A stretch of DNA of 51,736 nt from Bacilli bacterium (lineage in GTDB: Bacteria > Bacillota_I > Bacilli_A > RF39 > UBA660). Below are positions 9,801 to 18,780 of this stretch, one piece after another. The notes below the pieces were generated by a model that was not told where the DNA came from, made no database searches, and saw only the letters and a list, made by a program, of their open reading frames with translations. The stretch lies in contig JAFRIS010000019.1 in the NCBI GenBank assembly GCA_017432665.1, forward strand, positions 1-51,736, given 5' to 3'. Numbering within the stretch: the first letter of the stretch is position 1; every line of letters starts with the position of its first letter. The position numbers and the translations under genes were made by a program.

Positions 9801-9898
9801 CTAACATGTGAAACACTAGCGATTGCAATTACGCTTAAAATTCCTAGTATCACTATTGCAGCTAAAAGTTCGATCATTGTAAATCCTTTGTTTTTCAT
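6842..9898 (-). CDS. Giant modular type IV pilin-like protein (prepilin-type N-terminal signal, repeat modules, Cys-rich tail)
   Basis: The N-terminus MKNKG|FTMIELLAAIVILGILSVIAIASV has Gly-1, Phe+1, Glu+5 and a hydrophobic helix. A D-x-[AV]-[GD]-N motif occurs six times. Twenty of the last 115 residues are Cys. Confidence 0.8.
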   Translation of the reverse strand: MKNKGFTMIELLAAIVILGILSVIAIASVSHVRNNADKEDKEMYENTLKMAAESYMQANKSALPKNVGGKVTLTAEFLAEKKYLKEDRGGYVVVSKETNTHYKYEVNGDGEPPEETECTPKPSEPQIYFTDSSLQEISSDILLNNFREATLFIKISGGEDENGEDLKILSYNYSIYVKTEGEPDLHEAYNSGALNGNGEEYITVTRPISEYIDVTTATYISARVEVTNEKGCMIEKSPSQGTLKDPDNPKCTNKKVGESDTWINKDSPEKSRTITVTCDDGNGSGCIRPTFARTWPNTHQPDAEYGYIQVQDNAGNFNLQGSLLDEYSICDLDPTPDSCRVKVNVDKTLPTINVLGAYKSTADGKQENTTNTYSKGTLVINDDTSSRTGTIETSEYDNLIGGWMNNARYPNGVIYKIEISDNIHLDSWKWETNVPYVTNPNTDVYGTLGTGTAYDRYASTVSTEEWKGNCGTKKKVILVGFNKEGRRQGLLTVKDKAGNTVTLRIKANIDKTPPKTPKVEYSNYTPTAGGNWSKVQFASATVISDNNKKDRGADLWDQTLDEDLSGWNRFEHTIDAKYDSSKSVTNKNGGSILFNTDLEGKNEISFRTVDNAGNISTPSDVTKVWVDYTLPKCNVVKTAPGENSAGWIGLDSSGNQETVTVTATCEETASNKNSGCTGRTTFSTIYGSPSNGTYNKELYVSNAGADGLGAGGSVKDLAGNVRTCAANKTVHSDYKKPTCYIGGQSSSWRRKGTTITRECRDSASSVKNSGCKKTVYFSESFAQSGHTYKTKDYGALNIYDNADNVRTCAAFTAQIYVDLQKPSCSKDKSHQNTTDGVTVKYSCGDHGGSGVVSCPGGSDHKDTGLKKDKSYTVKDNVGNSMTCTVNITAYKQYKYIKKNVAATCTNTCCGKKKKKWKEGTSCTWCGMSSSTSRKCTTKASYTACKKSGCTICGKYADSCWCCCSVTVNKCKKCRDEHFGARSVKCTDVGCCGYACGSQWTGWGAASTGCSSTYRWLYK

Positions 9899-9915
9899 AC
9901 TCTCACCTATCTTAA

Positions 9916-9944
9916 ATTATATCTTATGTATATATTTTTGTAAA
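9916..9944 (-). promoter_or_regulatory. Sigma-A-type promoter of the 1018-aa gene
   Basis: Minus strand reads TTTACA, a 17-nt spacer, then TATAAT. The AGGTGAGA SD follows at 9908-9901 and the ATG at 9898. Confidence 0.7.
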
Positions 9945-9954
9945 GAATATTAAG

Positions 9955-9981
9955 AACAAAAAAAAAGACTTTTTTAGTCTT
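9955..9981 (-). terminator. Intrinsic terminator after rpmE
   Basis: Minus strand reads AAGACT-AAAAA-AGTCTT then TTTTTTTTGTT. The first arm includes the rpmE stop codon. Confidence 0.7.
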
Positions 9982-10186
9982 CTTTCTTTGTAAATCCATA
10001 TTTTTTATTAAACTTATCCACTCTACCAGCACGTGATGCTCTACTTTGTTTTCCTGTATAGAAAGGATGACATTTAGAACAAATTTCAACATTGATTTCT
10101 GGTTTTGTTGATTTACAAGTAAATGTTTCTCCACAAGCACATGTTACAGTACAATCTACTACTTCTGGATGTATATCTTTTTTCAT
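9974..10186 (-). CDS. rpmE: 50S ribosomal protein L31, Zn-ribbon (C+) form
   Basis: [27 protein letters not shown]...[12 protein letters not shown]. Confidence 0.95.
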   Translation of the reverse strand: MKKDIHPEVVDCTVTCACGETFTCKSTKPEINVEICSKCHPFYTGKQSRASRAGRVDKFNKKYGFTKKED

Positions 10187-10286
10187 ATTATCTCTCCTTC
10201 CGCCATGACAAATTTTTTTGCCATAGTTAATAAACGCGTAATTAATATATCAAATAATCTTTAATTTTTCAAGTTTTTTCGAATAT

Positions 10287-11543
10287 TTATATCTCTTTAA
10301 TTACTATTTTAGCTCCTACTGCTTTTAACTTTTCAACTATTTGCTCATATCCTCTTAAAATATGTTCCGCATTAGTAATAGTTGTTTTTCCTTCAGCAAG
10401 TAATGCCGCAGCTACCATGGCAGCTCCTGCTCTTAAATCAGTAGCTACTACTTCTGTACCTTTTAAATCTGTAGGCCCTACTACAGTAGCAGTTCTATTT
10501 TTAACTGTAATATCTGCTCCTAATTTATTTAAGTATGGGATATGCATAAATCTATTTTCCCAAATTGTTTCTTCTACTTTTGATTTTCCATTAGCTTTAG
10601 TTAATAAAACAGTAAATGGTTGTTGCAAGTCTGTTGCAAAACCAGGATAAACAGCTGTTTTAATATTAGTTGGTTTTAATTCTTTAGGAGAGTTTAAAAC
10701 AATAACATAATCAGTTCCTATTTCTAACTCAATACCCATTTCTTCTAGTTTTCTAAGCAATGAATCAACATGTTCAGGAATAACATTATCTACTTTTAAA
10801 TTCTTTCCACATAAAGCTGCAATAATTATATAAGTACCTGCTTCTATACGATCTGGAATAACTTCATGGAAACACTTTCCTAACTTTTCTACTCCTTCAA
10901 TTTTAATGGTTGAAGTACCTGCACCAGTAATTTTAGCCCCCATCAAATTTAAGAATGTAGCTACATTTACTATTTCAGGTTCTTTAGCAGCATTATCAAT
11001 TGTAGTAGTTCCTTTCGCTTTAACAGCTGCTAACATAATATTAATTGTTGCTCCTACTGAAGCTATATCTAAATAAATATTAGCTCCATGTAATTCTTCA
11101 GCTTCTACTATATATTTGTTTTTTTCATTTGTAACTTTAGCTCCTAGAGCTTCAAATCCTTTTAAATGTAAATCAATTGGTCTAGCTCCAATAGAACATC
11201 CTCCTGGAAAATACATTACTGCTTTTTTAAATTTACCAAGTAAAGCTCCCATAAAATAGTAAGAAGCTCTTAATTTTTTAGAATATTCTTCTTCTATTTC
11301 AACATTTTCCATATCTTGAGGGTTAATAACTAAACTTTCAGTTGAACGATTAACTTTTACTTTTAATTGCTTCAAAATATCACATAATGCATCTGTATCT
11401 GTTATCTCTGGTACATTGCAAATAGTAGCTTCTTCATCAGTTAAAATAGCAGCTGGTATTAAAGCAACTGTGGCATTTTTAGCACCACTGATTCTAATTG
11501 AACCATTTAACTCTCTTGCTCCCTCAATTTCTATTACTTTCAT
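10287..11543 (-). CDS. murA: UDP-N-acetylglucosamine 1-carboxyvinyltransferase
   Basis: 418 aa with GSIRISGAKNATVALIPAAIL and the active-site loop PGGCSIGARPIDLHLKG. Confidence 0.95.
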   Translation of the reverse strand: MKVIEIEGARELNGSIRISGAKNATVALIPAAILTDEEATICNVPEITDTDALCDILKQLKVKVNRSTESLVINPQDMENVEIEEEYSKKLRASYYFMGALLGKFKKAVMYFPGGCSIGARPIDLHLKGFEALGAKVTNEKNKYIVEAEELHGANIYLDIASVGATINIMLAAVKAKGTTTIDNAAKEPEIVNVATFLNLMGAKITGAGTSTIKIEGVEKLGKCFHEVIPDRIEAGTYIIIAALCGKNLKVDNVIPEHVDSLLRKLEEMGIELEIGTDYVIVLNSPKELKPTNIKTAVYPGFATDLQQPFTVLLTKANGKSKVEETIWENRFMHIPYLNKLGADITVKNRTATVVGPTDLKGTEVVATDLRAGAAMVAAALLAEGKTTITNAEHILRGYEQIVEKLKAVGAKIVIKEI

Positions 11544-11555
11544 ATAAACCTCCTG

Positions 11556-12395
11556 TTATAGTCTTGTTCCAAATAGTTTAACTTTTTCTGCAACTTTCTC
11601 CTTAATAGCTTTTTCTCCACTACCAATTACTTTTCTTGGATCATAAGACTCATTATCATTCTTTAGGAATTCTCTAACCGCAGCAGTCCAAGCTATTTGT
11701 AATTCTGTATTAACATTTATCTTTGAAGTTCCACATTCAATAGCTTTAGCTATCTTATCATCAGGAATACCGCTACCTCCATGTAATACTAGTGGAATTG
11801 GCAATTCATTATTTATTAATGCCATTCTTTCAAAGTCTAAATTTGGTTCTCCTTTATATAATCCATGAACACTACCTAATGCTGGCGCTAAAGCATCAAT
11901 ACCAGTTCCTTCATAAATTGCCTTACATTCATCTAAAGTAGCATTTGTCTCAGTTGAAGTAATATTATCTTCAGTCCCACCAATATGTCCTACTTCAGCT
12001 TCTACTGAAACTCCTCTAGCATGAGCATAATCAACTACTTCTTTAGTAGTTCTAACATTTTCTTCTAATTCTAATCTAGATGCATCAATCATTACAGAAG
12101 TAAATCCTGCATCAATAGCAGCCTTACAACTATCAAAAGATTGACCATGATCTAAATGTAAGCATACTGGGATATCCTTATCTTTAATTAATCCCTTTAC
12201 CATACCAACAATTGTTTCAAATCCTCCCATGTATTTAGCAGCTCCTTCACTAACTCCTAGAATAACAGGAATATTCAATTCTTGGCATTCTTCTAAAATA
12301 TATTTTGTCCACTCTAAATTATTAATATTTAAGTGTGGTACAGCATACTTTCCTTTCTTAGCATTTAATAACATTTCATTAAAATTTACTAACAC
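11556..12395 (-). CDS. fba: Class II fructose-bisphosphate aldolase
   Basis: [15 protein letters not shown] and [11 protein letters not shown] moved the start to the GTG at 12395 behind GGGTGA, which gives (M)LVNFNEML and aligns with B. subtilis FbaA MPLVSMTEML. The track's TTG start at 12440 is the promoter -35 hexamer. Confidence 0.9.
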   Translation of the reverse strand: MLVNFNEMLLNAKKGKYAVPHLNINNLEWTKYILEECQELNIPVILGVSEGAAKYMGGFETIVGMVKGLIKDKDIPVCLHLDHGQSFDSCKAAIDAGFTSVMIDASRLELEENVRTTKEVVDYAHARGVSVEAEVGHIGGTEDNITSTETNATLDECKAIYEGTGIDALAPALGSVHGLYKGEPNLDFERMALINNELPIPLVLHGGSGIPDDKIAKAIECGTSKINVNTELQIAWTAAVREFLKNDNESYDPRKVIGSGEKAIKEKVAEKVKLFGTRL

Positions 12396-12411
12396 ATTAT
12401 CACCCAATTTA

Positions 12412-12440
12412 ATGATAAGAAAATATACTTGCTTTGTCAA
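12412..12440 (-). promoter_or_regulatory. Candidate sigma-A promoter of fba
   Basis: Minus strand reads TTGACA, a 17-nt spacer, then TATCAT, placed 6 nt before the SD. A TTGTATAAT element lies a little further upstream as an alternative. Confidence 0.5.
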
Positions 12441-12514
12441 TCAAATAGCCTTATTATACAAGCATTTGTCGTCAAATATAGATAGTTAAAACCCCACTAT
12501 TAATTGTGAGGTTT

Positions 12515-13345
12515 TTATATATTTTTTAAGATAAATAACATTCTATCTCTATCAGATAAGTCTTTCTTTATTTCTACTTTAACATCATCTAAATATTCAT
12601 TAACTATTTTAGTAATTTCTTCACCCTGGTCACAGCCAATTTCAAAAGTAATAAGACATCTATCTTTCATATTGTTTTTTACTTGAGATAAGATCTTTCG
12701 ATAGCAATCTAATCCATCTTCTCCTGCATATAAAGCAATCTCTGGTTCATTATTCTTTACTATCTCTTCTATCTCTTCACTAGTCTTAATATAAGGTGGA
12801 TTACTAATAATTAAGTCATATTTCTTATCGATGTTATCTAAAAAGTTGTTTTCTATTAAATTAGCATGTGAATTTAAATTTTCACAGTTTATGTGAGTAA
12901 CTTCTAAAGCTTCTTTAGAAATATCTATTAAATCCACAGATTTTGGGGATAACTTCTTTTCTAAAGTTAGCCCTATTACTCCACTACCACAACCTAAATC
13001 TACTATATCAATAGGTTCTTTGAAATTATCATCAATATACTTAATAGTATTTTCTACTAATTCTTCTGTTTCAAATCTTGGTATTAGGACTCTTTCATCA
13101 ATATAGTACCTACTACCAAAGAAATTAACGCTACCAATAACATATTGTAATGGTCTTCCTTCTTCTAGAGCTAATACTTCTTTTTTATATAGTTCAGATA
13201 CTTCTTCAGATACTGATTCTTCTAAATAATTCAACAATTCTAAAGGATTTTTATTTAGAAGTTCTGCCAATAAAATTTTAGCATGATCTGAATGACAATG
13301 ACCTTTTCCATAGATTAATAATTCTTCTATAGTCATATTATTCAC
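12515..13345 (-). CDS. prmC: Release-factor glutamine N5-methyltransferase PrmC/HemK
   Basis: SAM motif [11 protein letters not shown] and catalytic ISNPPYI. It overlaps the prfA stop. Confidence 0.9.
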   Translation of the reverse strand: MNNMTIEELLIYGKGHCHSDHAKILLAELLNKNPLELLNYLEESVSEEVSELYKKEVLALEEGRPLQYVIGSVNFFGSRYYIDERVLIPRFETEELVENTIKYIDDNFKEPIDIVDLGCGSGVIGLTLEKKLSPKSVDLIDISKEALEVTHINCENLNSHANLIENNFLDNIDKKYDLIISNPPYIKTSEEIEEIVKNNEPEIALYAGEDGLDCYRKILSQVKNNMKDRCLITFEIGCDQGEEITKIVNEYLDDVKVEIKKDLSDRDRMLFILKNI

Positions 13346-14405
13346 TTTCTTCGCCTTGTAGTTTTCTCTTTTGATCTTCTTGGATTAAGGCATCAATAAT
13401 ATCATCTAAAGCCCCATCCATTACTCTATCTAGGCTATTAGTTGTATAACCAATACGATGATCAGTTACTCTATTTTGAGGATAATTATAAGTACGTATC
13501 TTTTCAGCTCTATCTCCAGTTCCTATCTTACTACGTCTTTCATTTCCTTCTTTTTCTAATCTTTCTTGTTCTTGTAATTCATAAAGTCTCGATTTTAAGA
13601 CTTTCATAGCTTGTTCTTTATTTTGTATTTGACTTCTTTCATTTTGACATGTAACTACTAATCCTGTAGGTAAATGTGTAATTCTAACTGCTGAGTCTGT
13701 TGTATTTACTCCTTGTCCACCTTTACCACTTGATCTATAAATATCTATTCTTAAATCATTAGGATCAATATCTATTTCAATATCATCATCTGCTTCTGGC
13801 ATTACTAATACTGTAGCAGTAGATGTTTGAAGTCTACCATTTGATTCAGTAACAGGTACTCTTTGTACTCTATGAGATCCATTTTCGTATTTTAATAATG
13901 AGTAAGCCCCATTACCTTTAATAATTAGTTCTATTTGACTAAATCCTCCAGCAGTACCATCTATAGAGTTATATACTTGATAAGAAAAACCTTTCTTTTC
14001 AGCATATCTTGTATACATTCTAAATAAGTCTCCAGCAAATATATTTGCTTCATCTCCACCAGCAGCTCCTCTGATTTCCATAATTACATTCTTACTATCA
14101 TTAGGATCTTTTGGTATTAATAATACTTCTAGTCTTCCATCTAATTCTTCTTTTTGTTCTTGTAGATCTTTTAATTCTTCTTTAGCCATTTCTCCTAATT
14201 CAGGATCTTTAACCATTTCTTCAGTATTTTTAATATCTTCAAGTATTTTCTTATACTTCTTATATTCAGTAACTACTTCTTCTAAATCAGCCATTTCTTT
14301 TGAATACACTCTAGTCTTTTTAATATCACTTAATACTTCTGGTTTAGTTAATTCATTTTCTAGAGATTCATACTTAGCTAATGTTGCCTCTAATCTTTCT
14401 ATCAT
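13338..14405 (-). CDS. prfA: Peptide chain release factor 1
   Basis: [10 protein letters not shown] (GGQ) and the RF1-type P-V-T tripeptide in RVPVTES. Confidence 0.95.
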   Translation of the reverse strand: MIERLEATLAKYESLENELTKPEVLSDIKKTRVYSKEMADLEEVVTEYKKYKKILEDIKNTEEMVKDPELGEMAKEELKDLQEQKEELDGRLEVLLIPKDPNDSKNVIMEIRGAAGGDEANIFAGDLFRMYTRYAEKKGFSYQVYNSIDGTAGGFSQIELIIKGNGAYSLLKYENGSHRVQRVPVTESNGRLQTSTATVLVMPEADDDIEIDIDPNDLRIDIYRSSGKGGQGVNTTDSAVRITHLPTGLVVTCQNERSQIQNKEQAMKVLKSRLYELQEQERLEKEGNERRSKIGTGDRAEKIRTYNYPQNRVTDHRIGYTTNSLDRVMDGALDDIIDALIQEDQKRKLQGEESE

Positions 14406-14459
14406 AAGTTCACCTCATTTGCGCCTTTATTGTATCATATTAGCATGAAAAAAACTAGA

Positions 14460-14903
14460 TTATACTTCTAGTTCTAATTCATCTTCATCGATGATAACTA
14501 AGTCCTTTAATTCTTCATTAGTTTCATCGTCATAGTCTTCATCATCAGTATCGTCAAAGCTGTCTTCTTCAATTTCTTCCTCTTCTTCTTTTTCAAGAGA
14601 TTCTTCTTCATCTTCTTCGTCTTCTTCATCAGCAATCTTAACTACTTTATCTGAAGTATGATTACTTCTTAAATCCCATTTACCATTGTCTAATAAGATA
14701 AATCTCTTATCTGTTGATAAAGATGTATAAAAATCTGCGACTTTATTTTCAAAAGTACTTTCTGGTAATTCCATTAAACTAATTACTTTTTTAAATAAAT
14801 CAGCAGTATTCAATTTTCTTTTTCCATTCTCCATTACCATATAAGCAACATCTTTGCTAGATAATGATTCAAGTTCTTCTTTCTTTAATGCTCTTACACT
14901 CAT
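14460..14903 (-). CDS. rpoE: RNA polymerase delta subunit
   Basis: N-terminal HARE-HTH-like domain (FYTSLSTDKRFILLDNGKWDLR) followed by a long acidic D/E tail. Confidence 0.85.
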   Translation of the reverse strand: MSVRALKKEELESLSSKDVAYMVMENGKRKLNTADLFKKVISLMELPESTFENKVADFYTSLSTDKRFILLDNGKWDLRSNHTSDKVVKIADEEDEEDEEESLEKEEEEEIEEDSFDDTDDEDYDDETNEELKDLVIIDEDELELEV

Positions 14904-15006
14904 GTAAAGACCTCCTCTAAGACATTATTCATAAGTTCTAAGTTGTGTATTAATAAAATTACAATAACTTTTATAACATATAACTAATATATTAGCAACA
15001 CTTTTT

Positions 15007-16755
15007 TTACATTTTTTCAGGTACTTCAATTCCAAGTATACCTAGTAGTAACATATTTATATTATAAACTGTCTCAGTAAGTAATATCCAAGAGTCTCTT
15101 AATTCGCTATCTTCCTCAGTAATAATCTTGTTTTCAGCATAAAATGAATTATAGCAAGCTGTTAGTTTATATAGGAATTCTGCTATTTCATTTAATGTCT
15201 TTGCTTCTACTGCTCTATTTAATACTAATGGTAAGTTTAGAATAGTTAAAGCTATTTCTTTTTCCGCAGCTCCCTTTAATTTAGTAATCTTAGTAGCTTT
15301 ATGATCTCCTGCTTTTTTAAGTAAGGATCTCATTCTAATAGTTGAATATAATAGATAAGGTCCTGTCTTACCTTCTAAATCAGTAAACTTTTCTAATTCA
15401 AAGATATAGTCAGTTCCTCTATATGGCAATAAATCTGCATATTTAACAGCAGCTACTGCGACTATTCTAGCAATCTCTTTCTTTTCCTCTTCTTTAATAG
15501 ATTCATTAGTTATCTTTTTATATGTTTCATCATAAACTAAGTCCATTAAAGCTTTTAGGCTCATTACTCCACCATCTCTAGTTTTAAATGGTTTTCCATC
15601 TTTACCATTCATAGTTCCGTTACCTACATGTTCTAGAACTACTCTATCTTCTACTAATTCTGCTTTTCTGGCAGCTCTAAATGTCTGTTCAAAATGAAGT
15701 GCTTGTCTAGCATCTACTACATACCATATTTCATCAGGATTATAGTTGATTTTTCTTTCTAGAATAGCAGCTAAATCTGTTGTTTCATATGATGCAACAC
15801 CATTACTTCTAGTAAATATTAATGGTGGCATAGGTGCTTTATCTTCAGGAGTAGCTACTTCTACTACTTGTGCTCCTTCACTTTCTTTTAATAGGTTTTT
15901 ATCTTCATAAATCTTCTTTAATTCATCAAAGTATTCCATTTCATCTGATTCACCATTCCAGATTTCAAAGTATACATTTAACGATTCATAAGTCTTTTTA
16001 ATATCTTCTTTAGAAATATCTACTACTCTTTTCCATAAATCATAGTATCCTCTTTCATGGCTTTGAATTCTAGCAGTAATATCTCTAGCTTCATCTAAAT
16101 ATTGTTCATCTTCTTTTGCTTTATTAGAAGCTACTGGATATATTTCTTCTAAATCTTTATTAGTAATAGGTAAATCTATTTCACTGTAATCTCCTGTATA
16201 GTCTTCATTAAAATATTCTAAATCAGGATATCTTTCTTTAATCTCTCTTAACACTAAACCTAATGGTCTACCATAATCACCTAAATGAGCATCTCCTAAA
16301 GCATCATATCCTAGTAACAAAGCTAATCTCTTTAAAGCTTCTCCAATATTACCAGTTCTTAAATGTCCTACATGTAATGCTTTAGCTACATTAGCTCCAC
16401 CATAATCAACAATGACTTTTTTAGGCTCTTTCTTATCAATATTATTATGAACATCTTCATGTACTTCATTTAAAAAGTCACAAGTATATTGATCACTTAA
16501 AGTAATATTAATAAATCCTGGTCCAGCAATATTAATATTAGTAAATCTATTATCTTTTTCTAATTCATTAACTATTTTAGTAGCTATATCACGAGGATTT
16601 TCATGATAAGTCTTAGCCAATTGCATAGCATTATTAATTTGATATTCTCCTAGATCCCTTCTATTAGATGGCTCTAATAATACTCTATCTACTTCATAAC
16701 CAGCAGTTTTTAAAATATCTTTTATATCATTTTCAAGTTTTTTAATTATACTCAT
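15007..16755 (-). CDS. argS: Arginine--tRNA ligase
   Basis: 582-aa class I enzyme with HIGH-type ALHVGHLRTG. It overlaps the stop of the upstream DUF1934 gene, as in the Bacillus ywiB-argS pair. Confidence 0.95.
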   Translation of the reverse strand: MSIIKKLENDIKDILKTAGYEVDRVLLEPSNRRDLGEYQINNAMQLAKTYHENPRDIATKIVNELEKDNRFTNINIAGPGFINITLSDQYTCDFLNEVHEDVHNNIDKKEPKKVIVDYGGANVAKALHVGHLRTGNIGEALKRLALLLGYDALGDAHLGDYGRPLGLVLREIKERYPDLEYFNEDYTGDYSEIDLPITNKDLEEIYPVASNKAKEDEQYLDEARDITARIQSHERGYYDLWKRVVDISKEDIKKTYESLNVYFEIWNGESDEMEYFDELKKIYEDKNLLKESEGAQVVEVATPEDKAPMPPLIFTRSNGVASYETTDLAAILERKINYNPDEIWYVVDARQALHFEQTFRAARKAELVEDRVVLEHVGNGTMNGKDGKPFKTRDGGVMSLKALMDLVYDETYKKITNESIKEEEKKEIARIVAVAAVKYADLLPYRGTDYIFELEKFTDLEGKTGPYLLYSTIRMRSLLKKAGDHKATKITKLKGAAEKEIALTILNLPLVLNRAVEAKTLNEIAEFLYKLTACYNSFYAENKIITEEDSELRDSWILLTETVYNINMLLLGILGIEVPEKM

Positions 16756-17096
16756 TTTAACTCCTCTATTCTATATAAAAATTTTTCTTTATCAATTGTA
16801 AAATCTACTTCTAGATTATAATCTTTCTTCTTAATTTTATTAGTTTTAATAACTAGATTTATATGCCGATTATAGTCTTTTACTAAGATAATACTATCTT
16901 CTTTATCATTAAAGTTATAAATCATTTTCATCTGATCATTTTCCCGAACTAATCTGTTATCTTTATAATCAAAGATAACAGTAGTATCATCTGGTTCTTT
17001 ATACTTAATTACACTATCACTTGTGATAGCTTTTACTTTATATGAATCATTTGTTTCGTTATTTTTGATAGTTACTTCTATATCTATTTTTGACAT
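16752..17096 (-). CDS. DUF1934 (YwiB-like) protein
   Basis: Small beta-rich protein directly upstream of and overlapping argS. The start is set at ATG 17096 behind GGGTGA. Confidence 0.7.
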   Translation of the reverse strand: MSKIDIEVTIKNNETNDSYKVKAITSDSVIKYKEPDDTTVIFDYKDNRLVRENDQMKMIYNFNDKEDSIILVKDYNRHINLVIKTNKIKKKDYNLEVDFTIDKEKFLYRIEELK

Positions 17097-17125
17097 AGTA
17101 TCACCCACTTAAATTCAATGTAATG

Positions 17126-17134
17126 ATTATAACA
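17126..17134 (-). promoter_or_regulatory. Extended -10 (TGTTATAAT) for the DUF1934-argS operon
   Basis: Exact TGTTATAAT on the minus strand about 30 nt upstream of the ATG. Confidence 0.6.
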
Positions 17135-17182
17135 CAAGAATATAATTTTTAGTATACTATTATTGTATATTAAGTAGAGTTT

Positions 17183-17191
17183 TGCTATAAT
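17183..17191 (+). promoter_or_regulatory. Extended -10 (TGCTATAAT) for the lemA-pta unit
   Basis: Exact TGCTATAAT on the plus strand. The GGAGG SD lies at 17203-17207 and the ATG at 17214. Confidence 0.6.
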
Positions 17192-17213
17192 TTAGATAGT
17201 ATGGAGGTATTAT

Positions 17214-17741
17214 ATGGAGACTGTTTTACTTATATTTGTAATTATTTCAATACTAGCTTTTATCTTTGTTTTAGTTAATAATAAATTTCAATTAACAATC
17301 ATCAAATTGGATAAAGCTGAAGAAGATATAGATATTTATCTTGAAAAGAAGAAAGAGTTACTTTCAAGAACTATTCCTATTGTGAAAAAAGAATTAAAAA
17401 CAAAGGAATTTATGGAGAACTTAGAGAATTATAATGATGATTTAAACAACTTTGAAAAGCATAATTTTCTAAAGAGTAATTATAATGAACTATTTAAGAC
17501 AATCGATGAGAACGAGAAATTAATGAAGAGTAATTCTTTAATGAAAATCTTAGAAGAATTAAACTCTAACGAAGAAGATATTGTTGGAGCAATCAAATAT
17601 TATAATGATTCTGTAGTTGAATTTAATCAATTGGTTGTATCATTCCCAAGTAATATTCTTGCTTTATTTAAAAGATATAAGAAGTTGGACTTTTATAATA
17701 ATGAAAAAAGGGAAATATTTGAAATATTAAACAAAAAATAG
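17214..17741 (+). CDS. LemA family membrane protein
   Basis: N-terminal TM helix, and a C-terminal AIKYYNDSVVEFNQLVVSFPSNILALF that matches the LemA YN..V..yN..i..FP signature. Confidence 0.75.
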   Translation: METVLLIFVIISILAFIFVLVNNKFQLTIIKLDKAEEDIDIYLEKKKELLSRTIPIVKKELKTKEFMENLENYNDDLNNFEKHNFLKSNYNELFKTIDENEKLMKSNSLMKILEELNSNEEDIVGAIKYYNDSVVEFNQLVVSFPSNILALFKRYKKLDFYNNEKREIFEILNKK

Positions 17742-17755
17742 AAAGAGATGATTAA

Positions 17756-18748
17756 ATGAATTTTATTGAATCTGTTAAAGAAAGAGCTAAAAATGATATT
17801 AAGACTATTATTTTACCTGAATCAATGGATGAAAGAGTTTTAAAGGCAGCTGAAATAGTTTTAAATGAAAATATAGCTAATGTAATTATCATTGGTAATT
17901 CAAAAGAAATTAAGAGTAAAGGACTAAGTTTAGAAAAAGCTACTATTATTGATCCTAATACTTATGAATTAACTGAAGATCTTATCAATAAATTTGTTGA
18001 ACTTCGCAAGCATAAAGGTATGACTTATGATGAGGCTAAGCGTTTATTATTAGAAGATTATATGTATTTTGCTTGTATGTTGATAAAAGATGGTAAAGCT
18101 GATGGAGCTGTATCTGGTGCTTGTCATTCTACATCTAATACTCTTCGACCAGCCTTACAAATAATTAAGACTGCTCCTGGAGTAGATTTAGTATCAGCTT
18201 TCTTCTTAATGGTTGTTCCTGATTGTGAATATGGATCTAACGGTACTTTTATCTTTGCAGATAGTGGTTTAGAGCAAAATCCTGATAGCGAGAAACTTGC
18301 TTCTATTGCTGCTAGTAGTGCTGAAAGCTTTAGATTATTAGTTGAAGAAGAACCAATCATTGCCATGTTATCTCATTCTACTAAAGGCAGCGCCAGTCAT
18401 ACTGATGTTGATAAAGTTATTGAGGCAACGAGAATTGCAAAAGAGAAATTTCCGCAGTATAAAATTGATGGAGAGTTACAATTAGATGCTGCTATTGTTC
18501 CTGAAATAGCTAAAAGTAAAGCTCCTGATAGTACTATCGCAGGACATGCAAATGTTCTTATATTTCCAGATTTAGATGCTGGAAATATTGGTTATAAATT
18601 AGTTCAAAGATTAGCCAAAGCTGAAGCATATGGCCCAATAACACAAGGTATTGCAGCTCCAGTAAATGACTTATCTCGAGGCTGTTCTCCAGAAGACATT
18701 GTTGGAGTAGTCGCAATTACCGCTGTTCAAGCGCAAAGCAAAAAATAA
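17756..18748 (+). CDS. pta: Phosphate acetyltransferase
   Basis: 330 aa containing ILPESMDERVLKAA, SHSTKGS and NVLIFPDLDAGNIGYKLVQR. Confidence 0.93.
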   Translation: MNFIESVKERAKNDIKTIILPESMDERVLKAAEIVLNENIANVIIIGNSKEIKSKGLSLEKATIIDPNTYELTEDLINKFVELRKHKGMTYDEAKRLLLEDYMYFACMLIKDGKADGAVSGACHSTSNTLRPALQIIKTAPGVDLVSAFFLMVVPDCEYGSNGTFIFADSGLEQNPDSEKLASIAASSAESFRLLVEEEPIIAMLSHSTKGSASHTDVDKVIEATRIAKEKFPQYKIDGELQLDAAIVPEIAKSKAPDSTIAGHANVLIFPDLDAGNIGYKLVQRLAKAEAYGPITQGIAAPVNDLSRGCSPEDIVGVVAITAVQAQSKK

Positions 18749-18778
18749 TATCCACAGAAATTGTGGATATTTTTATTT
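18748..18778. terminator. Bidirectional terminator between convergent pta and the membrane-protein gene
   Basis: ATATCCACA-GAAAT-TGTGGATAT followed by TTTTTATTT on the plus strand, with an A run on the other side. Confidence 0.8.
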
Positions 18779-18780
18779 CT

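Noticed and set aside
9907-10140. 77-aa - strand ORF overlapping rpmE in another frame.
   Set aside because: The rpmE frame gives a textbook L31 sequence, whereas the alternative frame is unrecognisable and would run through the promoter of the giant gene.
18748-18770. Inverted pair of DnaA-box-like 9-mers (ATATCCACA and TGTGGATAT, 8/9 each) downstream of pta.
   Set aside because: The two arms form the stem of a standard bidirectional terminator followed by a T tract. That explains the sequence without invoking DnaA binding, although a secondary DnaA site cannot be excluded.
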